This document shows, in pieces, positions 27,306 through 37,372 of a stretch of 64,000 nucleotides of DNA. Under the pieces are notes generated by a model, which saw only the letters and a program-made list of their open reading frames with translations, made no database searches and was not told the DNA's origin. Every line of letters begins with the position of its first letter. Within the stretch, counting starts at the first letter, position 1. Made by a program: the position numbers and the translations under genes. Source of the DNA: an uncultured Thermoleophilia bacterium (GTDB lineage Bacteria; Actinomycetota; Thermoleophilia; UBA2241); assembly GCA_963777895.1 (NCBI GenBank), contig CAVZSF010000003.1, forward strand, positions 205,832 to 269,831. Reading direction: 5' to 3'.

Positions 27306-30300
27306 TCAGCCGTCGGGTTCGGCACCCGGGCCGAAGACGACGACGCGGTCCCGCCCGGTGCGCTTCGCGAGGTACATCGCCCAGTCGGCCTTGTCGACGA
27401 GCTCTTCGGCCAGGCCGGCGTCGCGCGGGTAGCTGCTGACCCCGATGCTCACCGTCAGTCCGGCGCCGTCGGTCGCGAGGGTGAGCTGCGCGATGCCGGC
27501 GCGAACACGTTCCGCGACCTCTGCGGCTCCGCTCGCATCGGTGTCGATGAGCAGGACGGCGAACTCCTCACCGCCGTAGCGCGCGGCCAGGTCGATCTGG
27601 CGCAGCGAGCGCAGCAGGACGTTGGCGATGGCACGGAGCGCCTCGTCACCGGCGAGATGGCCGTGGGTGTCGTTGTAGTCCTTGAAGCGGTCGATGTCGC
27701 AGAACAGGAGGGAAAGCGGCTTGCCCTGCTCGTTCGCCCTGGCGAGCTCCTCGGCAGCCCTCTGTTTGAAGTACCGCTGGTTGTAGAGCCCCGTGAGGCC
27801 GTCGGTGACGGCGTCCACCCGCGCCCGCCCCAGGCGCGTCGTGGCGGATTCGATGACGGCAGCGAACGCACCGGACCCGATCTGGCGGCCGAACTCCGTG
27901 GGCCAGTCGTCGTCCGGCGTCAGGTCGGCGCAGGCGAGACCCACCGTTTCGCCGTGCTCGTCGGTCAGGTCGGCGAGAGCGCTCACCCAGATGCCGAAGT
28001 CGTCGAGATGCAGCACGTTTCGCTCGGCATCGAGGGCGGCCGCCTCATCGACGCCGGCCTCGATGCCGAGCACGAGGTCGCCGAGGTGCGAGTGCAGGGC
28101 CTCGTCCTCCTCGGGGTCGCCGACCATACGCCAGCCCTGGTGACCGGGCACCATCGTGGTGAGGAAGCGCACGGGGGGGTGCTCGTCGCGGATCCGCCGC
28201 AGCACCCCCACAAGGTCGCGATACTCGGCGCTCCCTTCGTCCTCGACGCTCGTGAGGCGGTCGTGTTCTCTGATGTCGACGGCAGACGCCGCCGTGTGCG
28301 CTGCCGCCTTCGCCAGCGCCTTCCGCTCCGCGAGGCGAGCCAGCACGCGCAGGAAGGCGTCGACCATGTCCGGGTCGAATTGCCGGCCGCGGCATTGCTG
28401 GAGCTCAGCGACGCACTCCTCGAACACGAGCGCCGGGTGATGCGGGCGCTGGTACGACATGGCGTCGTAGGAGTCCACGAGACAGAGCGCCCGAGCGAGC
28501 TCGGGGATGTCTGTCTCGCGCAATCCGTCGGGGTAGCCGCCGCCATCCCAGCGCTCGTGGTGGTGCCGGATGCCGAGGACGATGTCCTCGCCGTACAGCG
28601 GCCGCACGATCTCCGCGCTCGTGATCGGATGGTCGCGGAGCTCCGCCATCTCGGCGTCCGAGAGCCGCCCTGGCTTGAAGAGCACATCGTCGGCTACGCC
28701 GATGCGGCCGACGTCGTGCAGGAAGGCGGCCTCCGTGATCTCCGGAAGGCGCTCGCTGTGCCAGCCCAGCTCGCGCCCGAGCAGGAGCATGTAGCCCGCG
28801 ACGCGCGCGGCGTGACCCACGGCGTAGGAATCGCGCGCGTTGAGCGCCGTGATGAGCGCCTTGAGATTGCTCACGTGCATGGTCTTGATGGTCTCGTAGA
28901 GCCGGGCGTTCTTGAAGGCGAGCGCGAGCTGCGAACCCACGCGCGCGAGCAGTCTCCGGTCCGTCTCCGAGAACGCGTCCCGCCGGCGTCGCCCGAGGGC
29001 CAGAGCGCCGGTCAGCCCGCGGTCGTCCCACAGGCCGACCACGAGCAGTGTCGCCAGGGCAGGATCGCCCCCGAGGCCCTGTGCGACATCGGGACGTGCC
29101 GTCAGGTCGAGGATGACGGCGTGCTCCTCTTCCAGCGGCCCGACAAGGCCCGACGACAGCAGGTGTCCCATGGTGGCCGCAACGCCGTCGAGGCCGGGCA
29201 GGGAGCTGTAGATGACGCGCCAGTCGCCCTCGTGCTCGATCACGAGGCAGACCTCGTCGAACGAAAGCAGGCCGGCGAGCGCGCCGATGCTGGCGGTGGC
29301 GATGTCGCCGCTGTCGAGGCTCGCCGTCGTTATCGCGGCGATCCTGTTCAGGAGCTCGGCCTCGCGCGTGCGGATCGCGAGGTCTGCGTACAGCTCGGCA
29401 TTCGCGATGGCCAGAGCCGCGACGCGGCAGAGCGCCTCGGCGCTGGCCACCTCCTGCGGATCGAACTGGCGCCTGGAGGGAGGGTCGAAGAGTTCGTCGA
29501 GGCCACGCTGCGCTCCCGGCTCGAAGAGTTCGGCGACGCCGATGGCCCGCTTCTCGACGACCAGGGGCACGATGAGTGCGCTCTTCGGTCCGGCGCGGCC
29601 CGTCACTGCGGCCGCCGCGACGCGCGGATCGTCCGGTCCCACCACCGTCACCACGGAGCGGGACTCGACGGCCAGCCTGGCCGCGCGCCAAACGTCGAGG
29701 CGGTAACGCCTGCCGATCCACGAGTCGTCACGCTCGCCCTTGACGACGCTGGCCATGCAGACGAGCTGGCCCCCTTCAAGGATGTAGATGTCGCAGGCCG
29801 GTACCGACACCGCCTGGGCAAGGCGGCGCGCCGCCGAGCCGAGTACGTGGTCAAGGTCGAGCGACGCGGCCAGGTCGAGGCCGGCCTCGTTGAGCACGCT
29901 CATACGCGCGGCGGACTCGTCCAGCAGGCGGTGCACTCGCGCGTTGCCGATCGTCTGCGCGGCTATCTGGGCGAGACCCAACAGCAGGTCGCCATGGGGG
30001 ATCCCACCCTGCTTCTTCGAGTACATCGCGGCGACACCGATGACCTCGTTGCCCTGGATCAGGGGCAGCTCCAGGATCGAGCGATAGCCCCAGTGCAGGT
30101 TCTCTTCGCGCTCGATGCGGGTGACGGACGGATCCTCGGCGACGTCGGCCACGGTGTACGGCTGCCGCTGGCTCACGACGCGGGACGCCGCCGTGTAGTC
30201 GCTGAGGTTGTAGCGCGTCCCGGGGAAGTGCGCATCGATCACGTCACGATCGGCGCTCACCAGCCCCAGCATGGTGTCGTCCTCGAGTGCGTAGAGGTCG

Positions 30301-32012
30301 CAGGCATCCGCCTCGGCGGCGTCGCACATCCTTAGGACTACCGTACGAAGGACCTCATCGAGGTCGAGGGACGCATTGAACTCGCGTGCCGAATCGACAA
30401 GCAGGCGAAGGTCCCGGTTCGTGGTGGCGAGCCGCTCGAGCAGAAGCGCGTTGTCGAACGCCCCGCCGACGATCTGACCGACGCTGCGCGCGAAGTCGAG
30501 GTACTCGGCGTAGTCCCGACCCTGCTCGTCGAAGAGGTCGATGAGACCGACCAGCCGCTCGCCGACCACCAGGGGGATCGCCAGCTCGCTGCGGAAGCCC
30601 CACGTGGTGAACGACACCTGCTCGGTATCGCTCAGACGAGGATCATCCGGTCGCTGGACGACCAGCACGTCGTGCTCGCGAGCGGCCTGTGTCAGGCTGG
30701 GAAACTGCTCGAGGTCGATCGGCTTCGTCGCGTCCGGGTCGTCGAAGCCCGGTCGCACGTCGATGCTCACGAGGACGCGCAGCTCGCCGCCCTCGACCTT
30801 CGCGATCTCGCAGCAGGTGGCGCCGACGACGTCGATCAGGCGCTCGGCCACGTAGCGAGCGAGCGCCACGGGATCGTTCGTCTGGGTCACGCGCGCGCCG
30901 AGCTCCACGATCTCGCGAAGGGTGAGATTGCGCGACTCCAGCGCCTCCACGAGCAGCACGCGATCGAGGGTGTGAGCGGCCACGTCGCACAGCGCGCCAG
31001 CCGCCGTCAGGACGTCCGCATAGTCGCGCGGCCGATCGTCGTGGACCTCGGCGACGCCGATGACCTGCCCCTGGCTCCGCAGCGGGACGACGAGGGACGA
31101 CACGATGCCCCACTCGGTCATCGCCGCTCTTGCGGCATCGCTCATGCGCGGGTCGCTGCGGTCGCGGGTGACCTCCGGCAGTCCCGTCAAGACGGCGCTT
31201 CGCACCGCCGGCCAATCGGCCAGAGGGAACACCGATCCCTCGTAGGCGGCCTGGAATCTCCCACGCTCCCATGAGACGACGACACGTACGGCCTCGGGCT
31301 CGACGACCGAGAGGTCGACCATCGGGGCGTCGCACAGCTCGGCCAGGCGGCGGGCGATGACCCGCAGGACCTGGTCAGAACCCGCCGTCCTGCTCTGGGC
31401 CTCGATGTCGGCGTCGAGGATGAGAGCGAGGTCGGCCGCCCTGCGCTCGGCGTGCGCCAGGCGCCGCCTGGCGTCCACGAGATCGGCGATGAGGCGCACC
31501 AGCGCCTCGTGCCCGGCCACGGATGCGGCGAGATCGCGGTTGCGGTCGTCGGCGAGCTCGACGATCCCGACCACGGCGTCGTCGACCACGAGAGGTACGA
31601 TCGCCACGCTCGTCCCGTCTCCGTTCCCGTACAGACGGGAGCGCTGGCTTCGCGAGAGCCGGGGGTCGCGTGCGTCCGCGATGACCACCGTCCGCCGCGT
31701 GTCCATCGCCTGGTGGGCGGGCGGGAGATCGTCGACGGCCCAGTGAATGCCGGGGCGCCGGTGGGGCGGACGTCTCCGGCCGTGGGCGGCGAGCACCTCG
31801 CCATCGCCGTCCGCGACGGCGCTGATGAGGCAGCAGGCGACATGAGTCGCACCGCAGAGCTCTGCGGCGGCGAGCGCGAGCGTCTCGTCCGTGTCGGTGA
31901 CCGCCGAGGCGGTCAGGCCCGGCGGAGTCCCGCCGGTGGCGCTGTCGTCCATACTTCCGTCATCGGCATCGGGCGCGTCAGGCTCAACCTGGAGGCTGTC
32001 GCGCGCGCCCAT
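27306..32012 (-). CDS. Multi-GAF (about 6) + HD-GYP + Cache-like + GGDEF protein, paralogue of the neighbour
   Basis: FLHDVGRIG, HHERWDGGGYPDG, TDGLTGLYNQR, RQID..RYGGEEF; repeated GAF units. Confidence 0.9.
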   Translation of the reverse strand: MGARDSLQVEPDAPDADDGSMDDSATGGTPPGLTASAVTDTDETLALAAAELCGATHVACCLISAVADGDGEVLAAHGRRRPPHRRPGIHWAVDDLPPAHQAMDTRRTVVIADARDPRLSRSQRSRLYGNGDGTSVAIVPLVVDDAVVGIVELADDRNRDLAASVAGHEALVRLIADLVDARRRLAHAERRAADLALILDADIEAQSRTAGSDQVLRVIARRLAELCDAPMVDLSVVEPEAVRVVVSWERGRFQAAYEGSVFPLADWPAVRSAVLTGLPEVTRDRSDPRMSDAARAAMTEWGIVSSLVVPLRSQGQVIGVAEVHDDRPRDYADVLTAAGALCDVAAHTLDRVLLVEALESRNLTLREIVELGARVTQTNDPVALARYVAERLIDVVGATCCEIAKVEGGELRVLVSIDVRPGFDDPDATKPIDLEQFPSLTQAAREHDVLVVQRPDDPRLSDTEQVSFTTWGFRSELAIPLVVGERLVGLIDLFDEQGRDYAEYLDFARSVGQIVGGAFDNALLLERLATTNRDLRLLVDSAREFNASLDLDEVLRTVVLRMCDAAEADACDLYALEDDTMLGLVSADRDVIDAHFPGTRYNLSDYTAASRVVSQRQPYTVADVAEDPSVTRIEREENLHWGYRSILELPLIQGNEVIGVAAMYSKKQGGIPHGDLLLGLAQIAAQTIGNARVHRLLDESAARMSVLNEAGLDLAASLDLDHVLGSAARRLAQAVSVPACDIYILEGGQLVCMASVVKGERDDSWIGRRYRLDVWRAARLAVESRSVVTVVGPDDPRVAAAAVTGRAGPKSALIVPLVVEKRAIGVAELFEPGAQRGLDELFDPPSRRQFDPQEVASAEALCRVAALAIANAELYADLAIRTREAELLNRIAAITTASLDSGDIATASIGALAGLLSFDEVCLVIEHEGDWRVIYSSLPGLDGVAATMGHLLSSGLVGPLEEEHAVILDLTARPDVAQGLGGDPALATLLVVGLWDDRGLTGALALGRRRRDAFSETDRRLLARVGSQLALAFKNARLYETIKTMHVSNLKALITALNARDSYAVGHAARVAGYMLLLGRELGWHSERLPEITEAAFLHDVGRIGVADDVLFKPGRLSDAEMAELRDHPITSAEIVRPLYGEDIVLGIRHHHERWDGGGYPDGLRETDIPELARALCLVDSYDAMSYQRPHHPALVFEECVAELQQCRGRQFDPDMVDAFLRVLARLAERKALAKAAAHTAASAVDIREHDRLTSVEDEGSAEYRDLVGVLRRIRDEHPPVRFLTTMVPGHQGWRMVGDPEEDEALHSHLGDLVLGIEAGVDEAAALDAERNVLHLDDFGIWVSALADLTDEHGETVGLACADLTPDDDWPTEFGRQIGSGAFAAVIESATTRLGRARVDAVTDGLTGLYNQRYFKQRAAEELARANEQGKPLSLLFCDIDRFKDYNDTHGHLAGDEALRAIANVLLRSLRQIDLAARYGGEEFAVLLIDTDASGAAEVAERVRAGIAQLTLATDGAGLTVSIGVSSYPRDAGLAEELVDKADWAMYLAKRTGRDRVVVFGPGAEPDG

Positions 32013-32024
32013 CCGCGGTAAGTT

Positions 32025-33098
32025 TCAGCCCACGCTGCTCGTCGCGTCGGCGGCGATGATGCGAGCCATCTCGTCGAACGCCGCGCCCACCGGCGAGGAC
32101 GGGTCGAGAGCTGCCGGGACCCCCCGGTCTCCGCCGTCTCGGGTCGCCTCGTCGAGGGGGATCCGACCGAGCAGCCGTGTGTCCATGAGGCGGGCGATCT
32201 CGAAGGCGCCGCCCCGCCCGAAGATGTAGTGACGCGTGTCGCACGTCGGGCAGACGAAGTAGGCCATGTTCTCGACCACTCCGAGGACGCGGTGCTTCGT
32301 CATCTGCGCCATCCGTGCCGCCTTGCTCGCGGTGCGCGCCGCGGCCTCCTGGGGCGTGGTGACGATGATCATCTCGGCGTCGGGGATCATCTGGGCGACG
32401 GTTAGCGCGATGTCGCCCGTCCCCGGGGGGAGGTCGATGAGGAGGAAATCGGGGCTGCCCCACAGGACGTCGCCGAGGAACTGCTCGATCGCGCGTCCGA
32501 GCATCGGCCCCCGCCAGATGACCGGCTGGTCGCCCTCGAGAAAGAGACCCATCGACACCATCTTGACCCCGTACCGCTCGGGCGGCACGACCCTGCCCTC
32601 GTGCACCTCGGGTCGCACGTCGGGCAGGCCCAGCATCAGCGGGACGGACGGTCCGTACACGTCGGCGTCGATGAGGGCGACGGCGTGTCCGTGACGCGCG
32701 AGCGAGACGGCGAGGTTGACCGTCACGGTCGACTTGCCCACGCCGCCCTTGCCGCTGGCGATCGCGATGGTGCGGGTGGCAGAGCCGGGGCCGAAGAGCG
32801 TCTGGATCGACTGGTCTCGCGCCGTAAGATCGCGCCCCAGGGCGTCGCGTTCCTCGCACGACATCGCGTCGAGCTTGACCTCGACGTGCCGATGCCCGGC
32901 AATGGCGATCAGGGCCTTCTCGGCCTCGGCGCGGATCTGGTTGCGCAGGGGGCACGCCGCCGTGGTCAGGACGATGGTGGCGCCGATCCGTTGCTCGTCC
33001 ACGACGATATCGCGCACCATGCCGAGCTCGACGATGCTGCGCCTCAGCTCCGGGTCCTGCACGGTGGAGAGCGCCGCGCGCACGTCGTCAGGGGTCAC
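32025..33098 (-). CDS. mrp: Mrp/ApbC/NBP35 Fe-S cluster carrier ATPase
   Basis: VQDPELRRSIVELGMV, SGKGGVGKST, DADVYGPS, WRGPML, DLPPGTGD, ENMAYFVCPTC; GGAGG SD before GTG 33098. Confidence 0.93.
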   Translation of the reverse strand: MTPDDVRAALSTVQDPELRRSIVELGMVRDIVVDEQRIGATIVLTTAACPLRNQIRAEAEKALIAIAGHRHVEVKLDAMSCEERDALGRDLTARDQSIQTLFGPGSATRTIAIASGKGGVGKSTVTVNLAVSLARHGHAVALIDADVYGPSVPLMLGLPDVRPEVHEGRVVPPERYGVKMVSMGLFLEGDQPVIWRGPMLGRAIEQFLGDVLWGSPDFLLIDLPPGTGDIALTVAQMIPDAEMIIVTTPQEAAARTASKAARMAQMTKHRVLGVVENMAYFVCPTCDTRHYIFGRGGAFEIARLMDTRLLGRIPLDEATRDGGDRGVPAALDPSSPVGAAFDEMARIIAADATSSVG

Positions 33099-33324
33099 TG
33101 GTCCTCCCGCGGGTGGCTTCGATCGGGCGCGGCCGGCGCAGGGCCGCCCGCGCCTCGATTGTAGCAGGGCGTTCACAGCCTCAGCAGAAGCGCTTCACAG
33201 CATCTTCACCACTCCCGTCTACCATGACCTGAGAGACCGGCGTCTCGCGCTGCGAGCGGGACGATGTCTGCCACCCGACGAGGGAGGGGACGACCGGGAG
33301 GCCTTGGGAACGAGACAGGAGAGT

Positions 33325-33870
33325 ATGTCGATGAAGGGATGGAAGCTGATAACGCTGGCCGTCGCCCTGGGCGTCGTGCTCATGTTCGCGGCCGTGACGA
33401 TCGCGCGTGGCGCTAACGGTGGGTCACGCGGCGGCTGGGGCATGATGGGCGGCGGCTGGATGATGGGCGACCGTCAAGGGCAGGACGGCGACAACGTCGG
33501 CCCCTGCGGCGGCGCCGGGGCGGAGCTCATGAGCGACCCCGCCTTCCGCGCGGACATGCAGAAGCTGCGTGACGAGCATCGCAAGGACATGCAAACGTGG
33601 TCGGACAAGTACGGCGCGGACACCTCGAGTGCCGCGGCGCAGAAGGCTCTCGACCAGCTTCGCACGGAGCATTGGAACGACATGCGCAGCCTGTTCGACA
33701 AGTACGGCGTCGAGCTTCCCGACACGCCGCCGGCGGGTCGTGGAGGGTTCGGCGCCGGCTGCGGCGGGACGGGCGGCTGCGGTGGTCAGGGCGGCGCGAC
33801 CGGCACACAGGGCCAGAACAGCGGGACCGGCATGATGGGTGGCGGCATGATGGGGGCCGGCTCGATCTGA
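33325..33870 (+). CDS. Exported Gly/Met-rich helical protein (Spy/CpxP/ZraP-like appearance)
   Basis: AGGAG SD, signal peptide, two LRxEH..DM helical repeats, GMMGGG repeats, three Cys. Confidence 0.6.
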   Translation: MSMKGWKLITLAVALGVVLMFAAVTIARGANGGSRGGWGMMGGGWMMGDRQGQDGDNVGPCGGAGAELMSDPAFRADMQKLRDEHRKDMQTWSDKYGADTSSAAAQKALDQLRTEHWNDMRSLFDKYGVELPDTPPAGRGGFGAGCGGTGGCGGQGGATGTQGQNSGTGMMGGGMMGAGSI

Positions 33871-33883
33871 GCCGAGGACCCGC

Positions 33884-33916
33884 AGCCGCGTCCGTCCGCT
33901 TGCGACGGACGCGGCT
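33884..33916. terminator. GC-rich hairpin after the 33325 gene
   Basis: 13-bp stem AGCCGCGTCCGTC / GACGGACGCGGCT. Confidence 0.5.
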
Positions 33917-33922
33917 TGCGAG

Positions 33923-33938
33923 TGTTTCACGTGAAACA
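33923..33938. promoter_or_regulatory. parS centromere site
   Basis: TGTTTCACGTGAAACA, the perfect palindromic parS consensus; parAB about 15 kb away. Confidence 0.93.
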
Positions 33939-33940
33939 CG

Positions 33941-33981
33941 AACGGCGGAGGGCGGCCTCGCTGAGGCCGCCCTCCGCCGTT
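33941..33981. terminator. Probable bidirectional terminator between convergent genes
   Basis: Perfect 19-bp stem AACGGCGGAGGGCGGCCTC-gct-GAGGCCGCCCTCCGCCGTT. Confidence 0.75.
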
Positions 33982-34152
33982 CTCACGTGTCTTCGCCGCG
34001 CTTGGAGCCGGTGAAGACCGGCGGACGAGCGCTCACCATCCCACACCGAGCATCCCGCTTCGCGCCGCCAACCAGAACCGCTTCCCACATCGCGCGTCCC
34101 ACGTGGTCCGTCCTGCCGGCGCTCGTCCGCCGTCTCAGTCGTCAGGTCTGGC

Positions 34153-35235
34153 TCAGACCTCCGACGCCTTGATGCCGACCGGTTCGGGGTTGCCCGAGCC
34201 GGTGGCGTACGTGTCCTTGAAGATCTCCATCAGGATCGGGCTTTCTCGGACGACCTCGAGCGAGATCACGGCGTGGTCCTTCGTGTAGCCGTTGCCGATG
34301 ATCATGGTCGTGTCGGCACCGATGCCTTCGGCGCCCAGGGCGGCCGACGTGAAGCTGGTCGCCATGCTGAAGAAGTAGACGAGCCCGTCGTCCTTGGTGG
34401 CGAGGATCGAGGCCATCTCCGTGTTCGGGATGTCGACGCAGTTGATGGTGAGGTCGGCCATCTCGCCGTCTGTGGCCTTGCGGACCTCGTCCCACACGAA
34501 GAGCTGGTCGGTCGCCGAGCCCTGGATGATGACGTCGGCGAAGCCGGCGCGCTCGAGGCGCTTCTTGCCGGCGTCACCGTGCACGAGGCAGATGACCTTG
34601 CCGGTCGGCTTGACGCGCTTCTTGGCCTCGTAGGCGCAGAGCAGGCCGCTCTTGCCGCCCGCCCCGATGATGAACACGGTCTGGCCGGGCTTGCTCAGCT
34701 TCGCCGCCTGCGCCGGGGCGCCCGCGACGTCGAGGATCGCCAGGGCGAGGGCCTCGTCCATGTCTGCCGGGATCTTCGCGTAGATGCCGGTCTCGAAGAG
34801 GATCGCCTGGGCCTTGACCTTGACCTGGCAGGTGTCCTTGTCGACCGAGATGATCTCGTCGACCTTGAGCGGCGTCAGCGAAAGCGACACGAGGGTGGCG
34901 ATACGGTCGCCGACCTTGAGGTCGCGATCCTGGAGCTTGGGGCCGACTGCGGCGACCGTGCCGAGCAGCATGCCGCCCGAGCCCGTGTCAGGGTTGTGGT
35001 GCTTGCCGCGCTCCTTGATGATGCCGAGGCTGTGACGCGCCATCTTCTTGACGTCGCCGGCCTCGGCCTCCTCGATCTGCGTGAAGCTGGCTGCGTCGAT
35101 GTTGAGCGTGTCGACGTCGATGAGGATCTCGTTGTCGTAGATCTCCATCGTGTTGTCGACCTTCCAGGCCGGCTGCGGCAGGACGCCCTTGGGCTCGATG
35201 ACCCGATGGGCGCCGAACCTGTTCCCTTCTTTCAT
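34153..35235 (-). CDS. kdd: L-erythro-3,5-diaminohexanoate dehydrogenase
   Basis: GAHRVIEPKGVLPQPA, RGKHHNPDTGSGGML, LDVAGAPAQ, FSMATSF, IGNGY; context with kamDE. Confidence 0.93.
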   Translation of the reverse strand: MKEGNRFGAHRVIEPKGVLPQPAWKVDNTMEIYDNEILIDVDTLNIDAASFTQIEEAEAGDVKKMARHSLGIIKERGKHHNPDTGSGGMLLGTVAAVGPKLQDRDLKVGDRIATLVSLSLTPLKVDEIISVDKDTCQVKVKAQAILFETGIYAKIPADMDEALALAILDVAGAPAQAAKLSKPGQTVFIIGAGGKSGLLCAYEAKKRVKPTGKVICLVHGDAGKKRLERAGFADVIIQGSATDQLFVWDEVRKATDGEMADLTINCVDIPNTEMASILATKDDGLVYFFSMATSFTSAALGAEGIGADTTMIIGNGYTKDHAVISLEVVRESPILMEIFKDTYATGSGNPEPVGIKASEV

Positions 35236-35326
35236 CTCGCTCCCTCCCTCTCTAAAGGTGCCCCGCGCTCGACCACTGCGCGCGCTTCCGCGCGCGGGGC
35301 AGACTGTCGTGGTCCGGTCCAGGCCC

Positions 35327-36523
35327 TCAGGCCTCGATCTTGATGACGGAACCCGCGCCCTGGCCGCCGCCCACGCAGGCGCCGGTCAGGCCGATCTCCT
35401 GGCCGCGCTTCTGGAGCTCGTGGATCAGCGTGACGATCATGCGCGTGCCGGTGTTGCCGAGCGGGTGGCCGAGAGCGACCGCCCCGCCGTTGACGTTCAC
35501 GATGTCGGGGTCGAGGCCTAGCTCGCGGGTGGCGAGCGCAGCGACGCAGGCGAAGGCCTCGTTGAGCTCGGCCAGCTGGACGTCCTTGCTCGTCAGGCCG
35601 GCCTTCTCGAGCGCCTTCTGCGCGGCGACGGTCTCGCCCAGGCCCATGATCGCGGGCTCGACGGCGGCCGTGGCATAGCTGACGAGCTGGGCGATCGGCT
35701 TGGCGCCGAGCTCAGCGGCCTTCTTGCGCGAAGTAACGACGAGCGCGCTGGCCCCGTCGGCGATCGCAGAGGCGTTACCGGCGGTCACAACGCCGCCGTC
35801 CTTCTTGAAGACCGGCCTGAGGCCAGCCAGGGCCTCGGGCGTCGTCGCGCGTGGACACTCGTCGGTATCGACCACGATCGGGTCGCCCTTGCGCTGCGGG
35901 ATCGAGGCCGGGACGATCTCGTCCTTGAACTTGCCGGCCTTGATCGCGGCGGTCGCGTTGAGCTGGCTCTTGTAGGCGACGTCGTTCTGGAGCTCCTTGC
36001 TGATGTCGAAGCGCTCGCTGAGGTTCTCGGCGGTCATGCCCATGTGGTAGTTGTTCGCGGCGTCCCAGAGGCCGTCCCAGACCATCGTGTCGTACATGTT
36101 GTCGGTGGGCATGCCCATGCGGTAGCCGCTGCGACCGTTCTGCAGCACCCACGGTGCGCGGGTCATGTTCTCGGTGCCGCCGACGAGGTAGACCTCGCCG
36201 TCGCCGGCCTTGATCGCGGCCGCGGCCATGGCGAGCGCGGAGGCGCTCGACACGCAGACGCGGTTCACGGTGATGGCGGGGACGCTGTCGGGGATGCCGG
36301 CCTTGAGCTCGGCTTGGCGTGCCGTGTTCTGGCCGAGACCGGCCTGGATCACGTTCCCGAAGATGACCTCGTCGAGCTGGTCGCCGGTGACGCCGGCACG
36401 CTCGAGCGCCTCCTTCATGGCGATGGCGCCGAGCTCCACTGCCGGCGTGTTCGCGAAGCCGCCCTGGAAGCGGCCCTGGGCGGTCCGTACTGCTGAAAGG
36501 ATGACGATGTCGTTGTCAGGCAC
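35327..36523 (-). CDS. Acetyl-CoA C-acetyltransferase (thiolase)
   Basis: [33 protein letters not shown]; GAGGAGG SD before GTG 36523. Confidence 0.94.
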   Translation of the reverse strand: MPDNDIVILSAVRTAQGRFQGGFANTPAVELGAIAMKEALERAGVTGDQLDEVIFGNVIQAGLGQNTARQAELKAGIPDSVPAITVNRVCVSSASALAMAAAAIKAGDGEVYLVGGTENMTRAPWVLQNGRSGYRMGMPTDNMYDTMVWDGLWDAANNYHMGMTAENLSERFDISKELQNDVAYKSQLNATAAIKAGKFKDEIVPASIPQRKGDPIVVDTDECPRATTPEALAGLRPVFKKDGGVVTAGNASAIADGASALVVTSRKKAAELGAKPIAQLVSYATAAVEPAIMGLGETVAAQKALEKAGLTSKDVQLAELNEAFACVAALATRELGLDPDIVNVNGGAVALGHPLGNTGTRMIVTLIHELQKRGQEIGLTGACVGGGQGAGSVIKIEA

Positions 36524-36634
36524 TTGTTCTTCCTCCTCGTGGCTCTCGTGCACGCCTGCAGGCCCCCGCCGCGCGACTCACGCTCTGCACAACGCCACTC
36601 GATTGGTTGCTCGTTCTTGCTCCTTGGGTCTCGT

Positions 36635-37372
36635 TCAGACGCGGGCTGCCTGCCGGCGCACGACCTCCTGCGCGAGGAAGCTGGCGACCTCGAGCGGGGT
36701 CGTACGCGGCCCGAAGCCCGCGTCGTAGCCGAGCTCCTTGGCGAAGGCGTTGTTGATGCGCGGGCCGCCCACGATGAGCACGAAGCGCTCGCGCACGCCT
36801 TCGGCCTCGAGCAGCTCGATGAGCTGCGTGAGGTGCTGCACGTGGATGTTCTTCTGGGTCACCACCTGTGAGACCAGAATGGCGTCCGCGTTGCGCTCGA
36901 GCGCGGTCTTGAGCAGCTGGGCGCAGGGAATCTGCGATCCCATGTTGAGCGCGTCGATCTGCGGGTAGCGCTCGAGGCCGTAGTTGCCGGCGAAGCCCTT
37001 CATGTTGAGGATCGCGTCGATGCCGACCGTGTGCGCGTCGCTCTCGATGGCGGCGCCCACGACGACCAGCTTGCGGCCGAGCTCCTCCTTGATCAGGGCG
37101 TTGATGGCGTAGTAGTCCATCGCCTCGACCTCGAGGTAGTCGCCCTTGACGTCGTCGGGGTCGATGCCCACGTCCGTACGAGCGTAGGCCACATAGAACG
37201 TGAAGTCGGGATCGATGCCCTTGCACTCGGCGATCGCCACGTTGTGGTAGCCGAGCTTCTCGAGGTACTGCTTGCCCACGTCCGGGGCCTTCACGGAATA
37301 GCCGATCGGCAGCGTGAAGGAGAACTGGATGACGCCGTCGTCGCGGGTGTCGCCGTAGGGACGGACGATCAT
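36635..37372 (-). CDS. kamE: Lysine 5,6-aminomutase beta subunit (AdoCbl-binding)
   Basis: VRPYGDTRDDG, DAHTVG (DxHxxG), LNMKG (PLP Lys), SQVVTQ, GGPRI. Confidence 0.94.
   Translation of the reverse strand: MIVRPYGDTRDDGVIQFSFTLPIGYSVKAPDVGKQYLEKLGYHNVAIAECKGIDPDFTFYVAYARTDVGIDPDDVKGDYLEVEAMDYYAINALIKEELGRKLVVVGAAIESDAHTVGIDAILNMKGFAGNYGLERYPQIDALNMGSQIPCAQLLKTALERNADAILVSQVVTQKNIHVQHLTQLIELLEAEGVRERFVLIVGGPRINNAFAKELGYDAGFGPRTTPLEVASFLAQEVVRRQAARV

Noticed and set aside
25080-30335. 1751-aa plus-strand ORF and many other long antisense or alternate-frame ORFs
   Set aside because: Shadow ORFs of real genes in high-GC DNA; no motifs, Arg/Ala/Gly-rich, and fully overlapping well-supported CDS on the other strand.
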